Shown: positions 39,043-48,195 of the stretch, piece after piece | How the letters are laid out: every line of letters starts with the position of its first letter | Numbering within the stretch: position 1 is the first letter of the stretch | Origin: a virus | Taxonomy: Duplodnaviria; Caudoviricetes | Direction: 5' to 3' (one strand) | DNA: 63,997 nucleotides | Virus record (IMG/VR): IMGVR_UViG_3300038393_001965 | Location: 1 to 63,997 of that record | Notes under the pieces: model-generated | Database searches by the model: none | Told to the model about the DNA's origin: nothing | The model's input: only the letters and a program-made list of their open reading frames with translations | Translations under genes and position numbers: made by a program

Positions 39043-39915
39043 ATGCGTAACGCTGAAGAGCGGCTGAAGTTCATCCGGCCGATGGAGCCAGCGCTGGTGT
39101 TGGAAGCGCCGGTCAGCGACGACTGGCTCCACGAAATCAAATACGACGGCTTCCGCACCCAGCTGATCCGCGACTGGGCCGGCGTGCGCGCCCTCTCTCG
39201 CAACGGCCATGACTGGTCGAAACGCTACTGGCCGATCGTCGACGCCGGTGAAAAGCTCCCCGCGAAATCCTTCATCCTCGATGGCGAGACGATCGCGCCG
39301 GAGCCCGACGGCCGGCCGAACTTCCATGCCATCCACTCGCGCATGGCATGGCACGCCGAAGGGCTGGCCTTCGTCGCCTTCGACATCCTGCATCTCGATG
39401 GCCAGGATCTCCGCGCCGTCCCGGCGATCGAGCGCAAGGCGATCCTGTGGGACCTCGTCAAGCCGGCCGACGGCATCATCCAATACAGCCAGCATGTCGA
39501 GGGCGGCGGCGCCGAGTTCTACAAGGCGGTCGAAAAGATGGGCCTCGAGGGCATGGTCTCGAAACGCCGCGGCAGCTCCTATCGCAGCGGGCCAACGGAA
39601 GCCTGGCTGAAGATCAAATGTTGGGAGACGGCGGACTTCGATCTGCTTGGCATCAAGCGGGAGCCCAGCAAGCCAGCTGTCGCGCTGGTCGCGCGTGAGG
39701 GCAAGTACGCGGGCGCGCCGGCGATATCAATCACGAAAGAGGTTAGGGAACGGCTCCTGAAGCGCATGCGCGGCGCCTCACCGGCGCCTGTTCCGACCGC
39801 CGTCGCGGCTGACAATGTCGAATGGCTGCAACCTGGTCTCAGGGCCACGGTGCGGTCGTTGCGCGGCGAAGCGAAGCTCCGGCACGGCTCGGTGCAGAAG
39901 ATCAGCGGGGATTGA
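39043..39915 (+). CDS. ATP-dependent DNA ligase (LigD/LigC-like ligase domain)
   Basis: EIKYDGFR, LDGE, FVAFDIL, EGMVSKR, WLKIK. Confidence 0.92.
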   Translation: MRNAEERLKFIRPMEPALVLEAPVSDDWLHEIKYDGFRTQLIRDWAGVRALSRNGHDWSKRYWPIVDAGEKLPAKSFILDGETIAPEPDGRPNFHAIHSRMAWHAEGLAFVAFDILHLDGQDLRAVPAIERKAILWDLVKPADGIIQYSQHVEGGGAEFYKAVEKMGLEGMVSKRRGSSYRSGPTEAWLKIKCWETADFDLLGIKREPSKPAVALVAREGKYAGAPAISITKEVRERLLKRMRGASPAPVPTAVAADNVEWLQPGLRATVRSLRGEAKLRHGSVQKISGD

Positions 39916-39946
39916 AGGCGGAGTATCACGAGCCTATCTCGCCAGG

Positions 39947-40279
39947 ATGTTTTGCCTCCCCGAGATCACCTATCCGCTCGCCATAGACAGCATCGGCAAG
40001 ATGCTGGCGCTCGGCCAGGAGATGACCGCGCATTGCCGCAATCCCGGCTGCGGCCATCACAATCGCATCAATCTGGTCGCACTCGGCCGCCGTCTGGGCT
40101 TCGATCATGGCTGCGGCGAGCAGGATCTGCTGCCGCACTTCTACTGCCCGAAGTGCCGCGCCGGCGGCCGCGACGACAAGCGCGTCGGCTTCATCCATCA
40201 CACGCTTACGGCCGAGCATTGCGCGTGGCCGCACGAGCGCGAGGTCGCTCGACAAAAGCTCGGGAAACGGGCAGGCTGA
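39947..40279 (+). CDS. Zn-ribbon hypothetical protein
   Basis: CRNPGC...CPKC. Confidence 0.65.
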   Translation: MFCLPEITYPLAIDSIGKMLALGQEMTAHCRNPGCGHHNRINLVALGRRLGFDHGCGEQDLLPHFYCPKCRAGGRDDKRVGFIHHTLTAEHCAWPHEREVARQKLGKRAG

Positions 40280-40280
40280 A

Positions 40281-40481
40281 GGTTCAAAGTTTCGCGGTTT
40301 GTCCACACCCGCTCAAAACATGTGGAAAACTCTGAACCCGTTGATCGGAAAGGTTATCCGTTCGGCCTGTCACGCCGGAGGTCGCGGGTTCGAGCCCCGT
40401 CACTCGCGCCAGTTTTTCAATAAGTTAGCCGTTGGGTAGAGGGTGAAAAGTCTGAACGCCAGACCGGCAATTCAGACTTTT
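40281..40481. repeat. Two inverted pairs of AAAA(G/C)TCTGAA-like sites flanking the att core (arm-type sites)
   Basis: 40281-93 (inverted), 40326-36, 40446-56, 40471-81 (inverted). Confidence 0.6.
40363..40411 (+). other. attP core: 3' 49 nt of tRNA-Asp(GTC) including CCA
   Basis: CGGC-CTGTCAC-GCCG, GGTTCGAGCC T-arm, CGCCA end; no 5' half; adjacent to the integrase. Confidence 0.9.
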
Positions 40482-41616
40482 AGCTCTTTTTGTTCCCCCT
40501 GAGAGCCCGCCTTCCCTCGCGTCTCGCATCGTCGGCGCGCCTTACCATCTCGACCTGGACGGGCACGTAGGTCTGCTCGAGCTTCTTCGATTCGGAAAGC
40601 GAGTTAGCGAGCTTCGCCGAAAGCGCGGTGCCCTCGACACCGCCTGCGACGGCCTCGGTGCTTCCCGAACGCCGAAAGTCCAGCATCATCCTGGTGTCGC
40701 CCGGGAAGACAACCTTGCGCACGTCGCGAAAATCCTCAGCGAACGAGTTCTTCCGATAGGCGGCGCCACGTCGGGTCCGGAAAATTTCCATACTGCTGAT
40801 CGGCTCAGCCTCGCCAAACTGCTCCTCGACATACCAGCTGAACAGGCGCTCGCTGCGGCGCGACAGGGTCAGGACGCCGTCACGGCCGGTCTTGCCGCGG
40901 GTGATGTCAAACCAGATGCCTTTGCCGTCCTGGCGCTTCTGAGACAGTTTCAGCGTCCGCGCGTCGACCGGCGCCACGGCGCCGTCCCACATACATGCAA
41001 GAGCAGCAGCAAGCCCTTTATATCCAAGGCGAATCGCGCCTTTGACCAGCCGGACCGCCTCCCCTTCGTTCCATGTTTGGGAACGCCCTTTGGGCTCGGT
41101 GTTCACCACCGCCAGCGACGGATCCTGATCCTTCTCGCAATATTTTAAAGCCGCCATCACCTTCCAGAGCGCACGCCAGATCTTCAGCGCACGGTGTGCT
41201 TCCCGTAGGCTGACGCCGTCTTCGATACCCTGCCGCCATTCCGATATCGCCGGCATCGTCACCAGCTTCGGGGAGAATTTGCCGAAGACCGCGCCTATGT
41301 ATTTCCAGCCGCGCTCCCAGTCCTCTCTGGTGCGTACCGCCTTCTTCGCCCATTCATTGGTGCCGCGATAGACAAAGAAGGCCTCGCCGACGGAACCTGC
41401 AGGCCAAGTCTCGACCGTTGGCACTGGGCTCGTGGCGGCCGCGGGGACATCGCGGTTGTCCCACGCCTTGTTTAGCTGCTCGGCGATTGCCCAGGCTGAA
41501 GGCCCGTCTGGGCCGCACGATTGCGGCTTGAAGCCGGCGGCACGCATCGCGGCGGTGGGCTGCCAATAGCCCCGGCCCTTGATGACGCTGTAATAGCGGA
41601 CTTTCACTTTGCCCAT
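40480..41616 (-). CDS. int: Integrase, divergent tyrosine recombinase
   Basis: Adjacent to attP; RGKTG, LDFRRSG, C-terminal TY; start at MGKVKV. Confidence 0.8.
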   Translation of the reverse strand: MGKVKVRYYSVIKGRGYWQPTAAMRAAGFKPQSCGPDGPSAWAIAEQLNKAWDNRDVPAAATSPVPTVETWPAGSVGEAFFVYRGTNEWAKKAVRTREDWERGWKYIGAVFGKFSPKLVTMPAISEWRQGIEDGVSLREAHRALKIWRALWKVMAALKYCEKDQDPSLAVVNTEPKGRSQTWNEGEAVRLVKGAIRLGYKGLAAALACMWDGAVAPVDARTLKLSQKRQDGKGIWFDITRGKTGRDGVLTLSRRSERLFSWYVEEQFGEAEPISSMEIFRTRRGAAYRKNSFAEDFRDVRKVVFPGDTRMMLDFRRSGSTEAVAGGVEGTALSAKLANSLSESKKLEQTYVPVQVEMVRRADDARREGRRALRGNKKS

Positions 41617-41876
41617 GCCTTCTCCCGCACAGCCCGCAACATGGCGGCCTGAGCGGAAACCGGATCGTCGGCCCCGGTCAAGCCCCCTTGGACATCGATC
41701 CACTTGTCCACGGCCTCTAAACAGTAGTTACCCAACACGAGATCTGGCTTTGGGAAGCCAGCAGCCTCGAGCTCGGCGCGCTTCGCCGCAAAGACCGCCG
41801 CGGTGACGCCAAGCCGTCGGGCCACCTTCTCAGGGGCGACCATGCGCGGCTGAAGGGGAAAGCGAACGCTGCTCAA
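41604..41876 (-). CDS. Excisionase-like HTH protein
   Basis: VARRLG...GFPKPD...AVDKW; overlaps int start; TTGA coupling upstream. Confidence 0.75.
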   Translation of the reverse strand: MSSVRFPLQPRMVAPEKVARRLGVTAAVFAAKRAELEAAGFPKPDLVLGNYCLEAVDKWIDVQGGLTGADDPVSAQAAMLRAVREKAWAK

Positions 41877-42370
41877 TACCCCTCCAGCCACATCCGGTAT
41901 CTGCTCTCGATCCCGCGGAAGGTCTCGCCGGCTTTGGCGTGGTGGTCGAGCTCCGACCGGCTGGTGATGCCGCACTCCGCGCGCAACAACGTCGCGGCGG
42001 CGTCAGCGGAATCGACGCCAGTGGCCTGGTAGGCTTCAGCCAGAAACCTCCAGAAGCCTTTCTCAGCGCAGATGATGCCCGCGCGCTGCGCGAGCGCACC
42101 ACCCTTCGGCTTCTCGGGTGTGTTAATTTTCTCCGCCTCGCTTGAGGGCGCCTCGGTCGCCGAACCTTGGGAGTTCCCTTGGAAGTTAGGTTCCAAGGTT
42201 GGCTCCTGCGCCGCGCTTCTGAGCCCGGCCGGCTCAATGATGTCGACGACGAGATCGTCGTCTTCGACGGTGACCACGAAGGCCTCTCCATCTGAGGCTT
42301 CCACGCCCAGCAGCTGCTCGACGACGGTTTGCAATGGGAGCGTGTATCGGTGGACGACCAGCGGTTTCAT
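41873..42370 (-). CDS. Hypothetical protein
   Basis: AGIIC...FWRFL...CGITSRSELD phage-type motif. Confidence 0.7.
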   Translation of the reverse strand: MKPLVVHRYTLPLQTVVEQLLGVEASDGEAFVVTVEDDDLVVDIIEPAGLRSAAQEPTLEPNFQGNSQGSATEAPSSEAEKINTPEKPKGGALAQRAGIICAEKGFWRFLAEAYQATGVDSADAAATLLRAECGITSRSELDHHAKAGETFRGIESRYRMWLEGY

Positions 42371-42984
42371 GGCTCTCTCGCATGCTTATAGTCGCCTGGG
42401 AGCGGCGAACGATGGGGCTTGCTGGCGTGCTTGCGTCTGATCTTCTCGACGATCTCAGGACGCTCGATTCGTTCTAGTTCGCAGAAGGCCGCCTCGCCCA
42501 TCGACTGGCCGTTTGCCGCGACAAGAGCTGCAAGCGTGACCATTGTGCCGCCGATCTCTTGGCGAGGATCGCCGGGCTCACGCCCGAAGACATAATCCAC
42601 AAGCGTATGGGCGTCGGCGGCATTCCCGCCGAGCGATTGTACTAGTTCGAGTGATTCCTCGAGGAAGCGCCAGTTTCGCTCTACAACGTCGTACGCCGTG
42701 GTATCGCCGAAGCACTCCACGCACCACGCTGCGACCCGTTGCTGAAAAGCCGTCAGATCAGACACGCCTACCCCCCCCCATGTCTGGGAGTTCTCCGGCA
42801 GCCCGAAGAGGCTGTCGCCGGCCTCCTTCAGCTCGAACTCGCCGCTGGCGCGGATCGACGCCACCACGGCATCGGGGACATCCTGGAACGGTTCATCGAA
42901 CCACCATTGCCGGCGGCCGTCGACGATCTGCTGGTGCAGCTTCTCGCCAGCGCGGAGGCGGGTGAGGATTGTGTCGATCGTCAT
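42367..42984 (-). CDS. Two-domain protein with MazG-like C-terminus, joined across a G9 tract
   Basis: FQQRV..W...F...RFLEESLEL...QEIGG. Confidence 0.55.
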   Translation of the reverse strand: MTIDTILTRLRAGEKLHQQIVDGRRQWWFDEPFQDVPDAVVASIRASGEFELKEAGDSLFGLPENSQTWGGVGVSDLTAFQQRVAAWCVECFGDTTAYDVVERNWRFLEESLELVQSLGGNAADAHTLVDYVFGREPGDPRQEIGGTMVTLAALVAANGQSMGEAAFCELERIERPEIVEKIRRKHASKPHRSPLPGDYKHAREP

Positions 42985-43109
42985 GGATGCGGCCCCAGGA
43001 CGATGGCTAGACTGGTGATGTCGCGCGCCTCGCGGCGCGACATGTCAGGCGCATCGGTGACGCAGCCGGTGAGCCAAGATGCGATGAGGATTACCGGAAG
43101 CAGCCTCAT
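42981..43109 (-). CDS. 42-aa lipoprotein
   Basis: MRLLPVILIASWLTG-C lipobox; ATGA-coupled on both sides; not in the ORF track. Confidence 0.65.
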   Translation of the reverse strand: MRLLPVILIASWLTGCVTDAPDMSRREARDITSLAIVLGPHP

Positions 43110-43483
43110 CCGAGATCTCCCCAGCGAATGATGACGCCCTCAAACTGATCTATGCCGGGATGGTTTTCGCGCCAGAAGGTGCGCATGTCCGCCCATGAGG
43201 CGAAGCCATCGCGACGAGCGAACTCCTGCATGGCGGCATCGGAAAACAGCACGATGCCGTTTATCCTGACCACGCCATAGTCGGCAAAGTTCAGCAGCAC
43301 CAAGTCGACACCTGCACACGTGGCTCGGGCAATCAGCTTGCACTGCTTGGTCCGCATGCCGGTGTAAAGCTGCAGCTGCTCGCCCGGCATGGCATGACGC
43401 TTCCGATCGGCCCGGATGGTCTGCCGTTTGGTGCCGGCCAGGATCGGCGGGGCGAAGCGCTGCTTGAAGGAATAGGCGACCAT
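43106..43483 (-). CDS. ASCH-domain protein
   Basis: ILAGTKRQTIR; FARRDGF. Confidence 0.8.
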   Translation of the reverse strand: MVAYSFKQRFAPPILAGTKRQTIRADRKRHAMPGEQLQLYTGMRTKQCKLIARATCAGVDLVLLNFADYGVVRINGIVLFSDAAMQEFARRDGFASWADMRTFWRENHPGIDQFEGVIIRWGDLG

Positions 43484-43950
43484 CAGCGGGCCTGAATCGC
43501 TTCGAACCGCGAATTGGCGGCTCTCTTCTGACGGATTTCAGGCGAGGATGCGAGAAGCCTGCAATGGCACTTCGCACAAAGCCATGTCACTTCCAGGGGT
43601 TGAGCGTAGTCAGGGTGGAAGCCGCGAACGTTCCTCGTTTCGCCGCAATTCGCGCAGGGGTGTTTATCTAGCCGCCCGTCACGGATGGCGTTGCCGACGG
43701 CCGTTTGCGCCTTGTAGCCCGTCGGGTTGTCCGCCCTCCATTTGATTGTAGTGGCCCGCGCGGCAAGACGCCGCTTCGGCTGGCTGGCTCTGAGCCGGTC
43801 GTACTCCTGGACCTTGGGATTGGCACGACGGCGAAGCCTGACCCGCGCGCGCCAGCACACCTTACAAACCCCGACGCCATCGAAATTGACGGCGTTGGCG
43901 TAGAAGTCGCTCGGCTGCTTGCTTTGATTGCAAATACGACATATATACAT
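43483..43950 (-). CDS. Zn-finger / HNH-like protein
   Basis: CxxC pairs; HPDYAQPLEVTWLC..CH. Confidence 0.7.
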   Translation of the reverse strand: MYICRICNQSKQPSDFYANAVNFDGVGVCKVCWRARVRLRRRANPKVQEYDRLRASQPKRRLAARATTIKWRADNPTGYKAQTAVGNAIRDGRLDKHPCANCGETRNVRGFHPDYAQPLEVTWLCAKCHCRLLASSPEIRQKRAANSRFEAIQAR

Positions 43951-43969
43951 GGTGGTCTAAATCCTTGTT

Positions 43970-44470
43970 TTAAAAAGGAATTTCGTCGTCGAGTTCTCGG
44001 CTTGATCGACCGCCACCACCGCCGCCGCCACCACTTCCGAAATCGCTCTGCCGCTGGCCGCCACCATTGCCGCCGCTCGACCGGCCGCGGTCATCACCGC
44101 GATCTCCGTCACCGCCGTTCTTGGTGTCGAGCATCTGGAGTTCCCCTCGGAACTTCTGCAGCACGATCTCGGTGGTGTAGCGATCCGCTCCGGACTGATC
44201 CTGCCACTTCCGCGTTTGCAGCTGGCCCTCGACGTAGACCTTGGCGCCCTTCTTCAGATATTGCTCGGCGACCTTGGCGAGCCCCTCGTTGAAGATGACG
44301 ACGTTATGCCACTCCGTCTTTTCCTTGCGTTCACCGGAGTTCTTGTCGCGCCAGGACTCCGATGTGGCGATGCGGATGTTGACGACCGGATCTCCGCTGT
44401 TGAGCCGGCGGATTTCGGGATCGGCTCCCAGGTTTCCGATCAGCATTACGCGATTGAGTGATCCGGCCAT
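43970..44470 (-). CDS. ssb: Single-stranded DNA-binding protein
   Basis: [10 protein letters not shown]...EKTEWH...DDEIPF. Confidence 0.97.
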   Translation of the reverse strand: MAGSLNRVMLIGNLGADPEIRRLNSGDPVVNIRIATSESWRDKNSGERKEKTEWHNVVIFNEGLAKVAEQYLKKGAKVYVEGQLQTRKWQDQSGADRYTTEIVLQKFRGELQMLDTKNGGDGDRGDDRGRSSGGNGGGQRQSDFGSGGGGGGGGRSSRELDDEIPF

Positions 44471-44471
44471 A

Positions 44472-45059
44472 TCAGTTGCCTTTCTCTTTCAGGGCTTGTT
44501 CTTTGGCGTTGTTGAGCTCGGCCATCGCTTCATGCGACCCGCCTGGCTTGTCGGGATGACGCTGGCCTGCCAGCCGCTTGAAACGGCTCTCGATCACGTC
44601 GCGGGTGATCTGAGGCTCGTCCCCCGGCATGAAGTCCATGACCTCGCGCCAGCCCTTCTGCTTCGGCGCAGGCAGGGCGGTGAAGCCTCGGAACGTGGCC
44701 CGCACGATGTGCAGGCCGCCGTGGCGCATTTCGGTACGCCGAGCTTCCACGATGTGATGAATGGCTTGAAGGTTATCCTCGACCTTCGGGTACCGATCGA
44801 CGGCGATGCAGACCTGCATGCCATCCCAGACGAACCAGACGGCTACTCCGGAATCGGACGGGCGCTCCACGCCCAACGTCACGTTGGACGAGATCACCAG
44901 GTTGGCGACCTTCTTCCCGCTGTCGCCGGCGAAGCGCTCAAGCGAGCCACGCACATTCTTCAGCGCGGCGGATAGGCCGGTCTGGAATTTCGAGGCCACC
45001 TTGTTGGCGGTCCTCGGCATCGTGTCGGGCCAGGTCAGCGGATAGGCTTGAGCTTCCAT
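44472..45059 (-). CDS. Phage protein with C-terminal J-domain
   Basis: AYPLTWP N-terminus; HPDKPGG. Confidence 0.85.
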   Translation of the reverse strand: MEAQAYPLTWPDTMPRTANKVASKFQTGLSAALKNVRGSLERFAGDSGKKVANLVISSNVTLGVERPSDSGVAVWFVWDGMQVCIAVDRYPKVEDNLQAIHHIVEARRTEMRHGGLHIVRATFRGFTALPAPKQKGWREVMDFMPGDEPQITRDVIESRFKRLAGQRHPDKPGGSHEAMAELNNAKEQALKEKGN

Positions 45060-45124
45060 CGTCTTCCCTCTCGATTATCGCGCCCCTCACGAGGAAGGGC
45101 GCGCCTCTGGGGTTGCGGCCCGCC

Positions 45125-45310
45125 TCAGACCAGTTCGAAGCGGGCGCCGGTCTTATCGGCAACGATCGGACCCCTGCCCTTCTTGCCGGCCTCGATGACG
45201 GGGACGCCGGTGATCTTGACCTCGTTGCCCTTCGGATCGAGGCCGGTGATCGTCAGCGAGGCGCTGGCGCGTTTCGCCTTCCAGTCCGTCAGTTTCTTGA
45301 TCGTTGCCAT
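45125..45310 (-). CDS. Hypothetical protein
   Basis: GAGGAG RBS. Confidence 0.65.
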   Translation of the reverse strand: MATIKKLTDWKAKRASASLTITGLDPKGNEVKITGVPVIEAGKKGRGPIVADKTGARFELV

Positions 45311-45355
45311 TTCCATGCTCCTCAATTCCCCGCCGGCGGGATGCCGGTCGGGATT

Positions 45356-45490
45356 TCAGTCTGCCCGGCCGGCGCTAGCGATGTTGGTGCACCAGGCGAT
45401 GCAGCCTTCGTGCTTAGCGAGGTCATGGGCGATGAAGCCCGCCGTCATGCAGACCAGGAGAATCGCGCAGAGCCTGTGGACGCTGGTCAT
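45356..45490 (-). CDS. 44-aa hydrophobic/secreted peptide
   Basis: MTSVHRLCAILLVCMTAGFIA...; ATGA-coupled. Confidence 0.45.
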   Translation of the reverse strand: MTSVHRLCAILLVCMTAGFIAHDLAKHEGCIAWCTNIASAGRAD

Positions 45491-45639
45491 CGCCTTCCGA
45501 CCTCCCGGCGTGTCGCCTTCTCGATCAGGATGACGACCGGCACCTTCGGATTGCTGGCGCCGGTGTTGAGGCAGCGCAGCCGGAAGCCCTTCTTCCGAAG
45601 GCAGTCGCTGATCTTGCCGAAGCGCTTGTCGTCTCTCAT
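45487..45639 (-). CDS. Small basic protein
   Basis: Coupled ORF. Confidence 0.5.
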   Translation of the reverse strand: MRDDKRFGKISDCLRKKGFRLRCLNTGASNPKVPVVILIEKATRREVGRR

Positions 45640-45851
45640 TTCGCCGGCCTTTCCTTCAGCAGATAGCCCATGCCGGCCTCTGACAGGATTGGATGCCCGG
45701 CGGCGCGCAGCTGGCGGACGTAGCGGTAGATCGTGCGCTCGCTGACCTTGACCTGGGCGGCGAGCTTGGCGCCCGTCGTCACCTGGTGGTCGGAAAGCAC
45801 GGCGAGGACCTCGCTGGCCTTGTAGACGCGGAGGCTGGTCGACATCACCAA
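45636..45851 (-). CDS. HTH_11-type winged-helix protein
   Basis: LAAQVKVSERTIYRYVRQLRAAG.PI...GMGY. Confidence 0.85.
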   Translation of the reverse strand: MVMSTSLRVYKASEVLAVLSDHQVTTGAKLAAQVKVSERTIYRYVRQLRAAGHPILSEAGMGYLLKERPAK

Positions 45852-46255
45852 GGCCTCCCGTCATCTTCTTCATGGTCAACGAAGTCGTGGTCGTCATCGG
45901 ACGTGTGGATGCCTCCAGCACCGTCGTGATGATCGGGCGACGCGATGTAGAGCGCCGGCTTGCTGTACGGCGCGTTACGGCGAAGTACCGTGCGCTCGTC
46001 GGTCAGCGTGTTGGAGAAGATCGCGGAGCCGCCATAGAAGTGTGATACCCATCCGGTTGCTATCAATTCCGGTTCCGGCTTCTCCGCCGTCGGCGTCGAC
46101 CATTCCACCTGAGGCACGTCGATGCGCAGCATCTTGGCGCCGAAACGCTCCACCTCGATGCCGCGGCCCCAGTGGGAGCGGTGGCCGAAGATCTCGACCA
46201 GCATCCATTCGAACGGCTGCTCTTCAGCGACCGGGGCTTCCTCAGTTTCCGGCAT
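45845..46255 (-). CDS. Hypothetical protein
   Basis: W.LVEIFGH...G...LRIDVP phage-type motif. Confidence 0.7.
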   Translation of the reverse strand: MPETEEAPVAEEQPFEWMLVEIFGHRSHWGRGIEVERFGAKMLRIDVPQVEWSTPTAEKPEPELIATGWVSHFYGGSAIFSNTLTDERTVLRRNAPYSKPALYIASPDHHDGAGGIHTSDDDHDFVDHEEDDGRPW

Positions 46256-46592
46256 TTTTCCTGCTCCATTGCGTGAAGGCGACCATCGCGGCGCCGAGCG
46301 CCGCATCGATGGTGTCGCCGGTGAATCGGATGCTTTGCCAGTCCGTCCACTCGCCGTTGCAGACCACGGCGTTGTTGGGCTGGCCGTTGAAATCGGGGTT
46401 ATCGCAGAGGATCTCGACCGAGCTCCCCTCTCCGGCGCGCAGCTGCTCGACGATCCGCCAGTTGCGGCCGTCCTGCTCGAAGCGATTATTTGCCTCGAGC
46501 AACTCGTCGACGCGGGCACGGTGCGCGTTGAGCAGCTCCGCCGCTATCTTCGGGGCGAAGACGACCTTGTTGATTGTCCAGTCCTCGGCCAT
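46242..46592 (-). CDS. Hypothetical protein
   Basis: GGAGG RBS, coupled. Confidence 0.65.
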   Translation of the reverse strand: MAEDWTINKVVFAPKIAAELLNAHRARVDELLEANNRFEQDGRNWRIVEQLRAGEGSSVEILCDNPDFNGQPNNAVVCNGEWTDWQSIRFTGDTIDAALGAAMVAFTQWSRKNAGN

Positions 46593-47398
46593 CAGAACGC
46601 CCCTCCGATGGTCTTGCGCCAGGCGTCGGGATCGGTCTCGACTTGGCGCGGCGGCGGCGTCTGGGCGGCGGCCTGTGGTTGGGGATCGGAGGTATGCTTC
46701 ACCCACCAATGGCGCGCGGTGAACACCTCGTCGACCTTCTTGGGATCGCTCGGCATCGTGGATTTGTGGAGGATCCAGTTGAGGTAGCTCGTCGGGACCT
46801 CCGACCACCGCTTGCCGGCGTGCTCGCCGAAATCGACCTTCAGCAATAGGATGGGCTTCGTGCTGATCTCGATCAGCGTCTCCACCGGATAGAGCTTCAG
46901 CAGATCGAGCAAGATGTGCGCGGTAACCCACGTGTCAGGCCCGGCGCGATGCGACGGTTCCGTCCGGGGGTCATCAAGGCAGAGCCCACGTTCGTACCGG
47001 ATCGATCCGTTCTTGTGGCTCTGCATCTCCGGCCAGGCCGTCTTCGCCGCCTTCAGCGTGCACACCCACGGCAGGCTGTGACCACGGATGAACCGGCTAT
47101 CGAACTCGACGTTATGCGCGCAGAGGATATCGGCGCCCGCAACGATCGCCCTACGGACGGTGTCGGGGTCATCGCCGGTCGCGGCGACCGCGTCGGTGAT
47201 GTGATGGGTCGCCATTGCCGGGAACGTGATCGGCATCCCCGGGCGGACAAGGCGTGAGAAAGGTCCACTCTCGATCTGCCATCCGTTGAACGGGAAGAGG
47301 CGGACATCCGTCCACCCTGCCTCGACCATCTCTGCGGGGTCGTCGAGCCCTGTCGTTTCCGTGTCGATCACGCGGATTAAAGTGTAGGGCTCAGTCAT
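46592..47398 (-). CDS. DEDDh 3'-5' exonuclease, ExoX-like
   Basis: IDTETTG, AHNVEFD, HRAGPD, FGEHAG..WSEVP. Confidence 0.9.
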   Translation of the reverse strand: MTEPYTLIRVIDTETTGLDDPAEMVEAGWTDVRLFPFNGWQIESGPFSRLVRPGMPITFPAMATHHITDAVAATGDDPDTVRRAIVAGADILCAHNVEFDSRFIRGHSLPWVCTLKAAKTAWPEMQSHKNGSIRYERGLCLDDPRTEPSHRAGPDTWVTAHILLDLLKLYPVETLIEISTKPILLLKVDFGEHAGKRWSEVPTSYLNWILHKSTMPSDPKKVDEVFTARHWWVKHTSDPQPQAAAQTPPPRQVETDPDAWRKTIGGAF

Positions 47399-47675
47399 GG
47401 CGCGACCGCCTGTGGCGGCGCTGCCGCCATTCGCCATTCGGATAGGCGCGGCAGAGATAGGCGCGGATGCTCGACTTCGGCACCGCTCCGCGCAATCTTC
47501 CGAAAATCACATCGACATCCGGCGTCTCGCTGTATAGGGCCAGCACATGCGCTCGCTGCGTCGGCACGAGGCCGAGCTTGCGCACGTTATCGTCGTCGAG
47601 CGCGTCGGGCAGTCCAGCGCCGCGAAGCATCTCGCGGACCTCGGCATCCGTAAATCGGGAGAATGGGCTATCCAT
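47391..47675 (-). CDS. Hypothetical protein
   Basis: Coupled ORF. Confidence 0.55.
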   Translation of the reverse strand: MDSPFSRFTDAEVREMLRGAGLPDALDDDNVRKLGLVPTQRAHVLALYSETPDVDVIFGRLRGAVPKSSIRAYLCRAYPNGEWRQRRHRRSRHD

Positions 47676-47919
47676 GGCGACGCTCCGCGCGGAAACCACC
47701 ACAGGTATTGACGGCTAGGACGATCCATCGGGAAATGATCTCGACCTGCTCGTCGGGGCGATCGTTGTTCACATCGATCGTGATGACATCGCGGCCGTCG
47801 GCATCGTAAATAACGCCGAGTTCAGCCCCGACGTCGACCGGCAACTTGACGTCGCAGCCAGCCAGCGCCTTGACGTAGGCCTCGGTGGTCGCCGGGTTCT
47901 CTGTACGTAAATCGCTCAT
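47668..47919 (-). CDS. Hypothetical protein
   Basis: Coupled ORF. Confidence 0.65.
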   Translation of the reverse strand: MSDLRTENPATTEAYVKALAGCDVKLPVDVGAELGVIYDADGRDVITIDVNNDRPDEQVEIISRWIVLAVNTCGGFRAERRHG

Positions 47920-48161
47920 CAGACCGACCCGCCAACCTTTTTCTCAAGGTAGGCGACTGCCTGCCCGACGGTGATGATCGTCATGCAGTCGTCGTCGGGG
48001 ATCTCGATCCCGAATTCCTCCTCGAACGACATGATGAGTTCGATGCTATCGAGGCTGTCGGCGCCGAGGTCCTCGATGATCCCAGCTTGGTCGACGACGT
48101 TGGCAACATCGATGCTGAGATGCGTGGCGATGATCTTCTTGACGCGATCGGCGATGGTCAT
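47919..48161 (-). CDS. acpP: Acyl carrier protein
   Basis: RVKKII...EDLGADSLDSIELIMSFEEEFGIEIPDD...TVGQAV; AAGGAG RBS. Confidence 0.95.
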   Translation of the reverse strand: MTIADRVKKIIATHLSIDVANVVDQAGIIEDLGADSLDSIELIMSFEEEFGIEIPDDDCMTIITVGQAVAYLEKKVGGSV

Positions 48162-48195
48162 TGTTCTCTCCTTGGGGTCAGGTCGCGGCGGCGGC

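Noticed and set aside
40340-40411. Complete tRNA-Asp gene
   Set aside because: The 5' acceptor strand and D-arm are absent; it is the att core duplication
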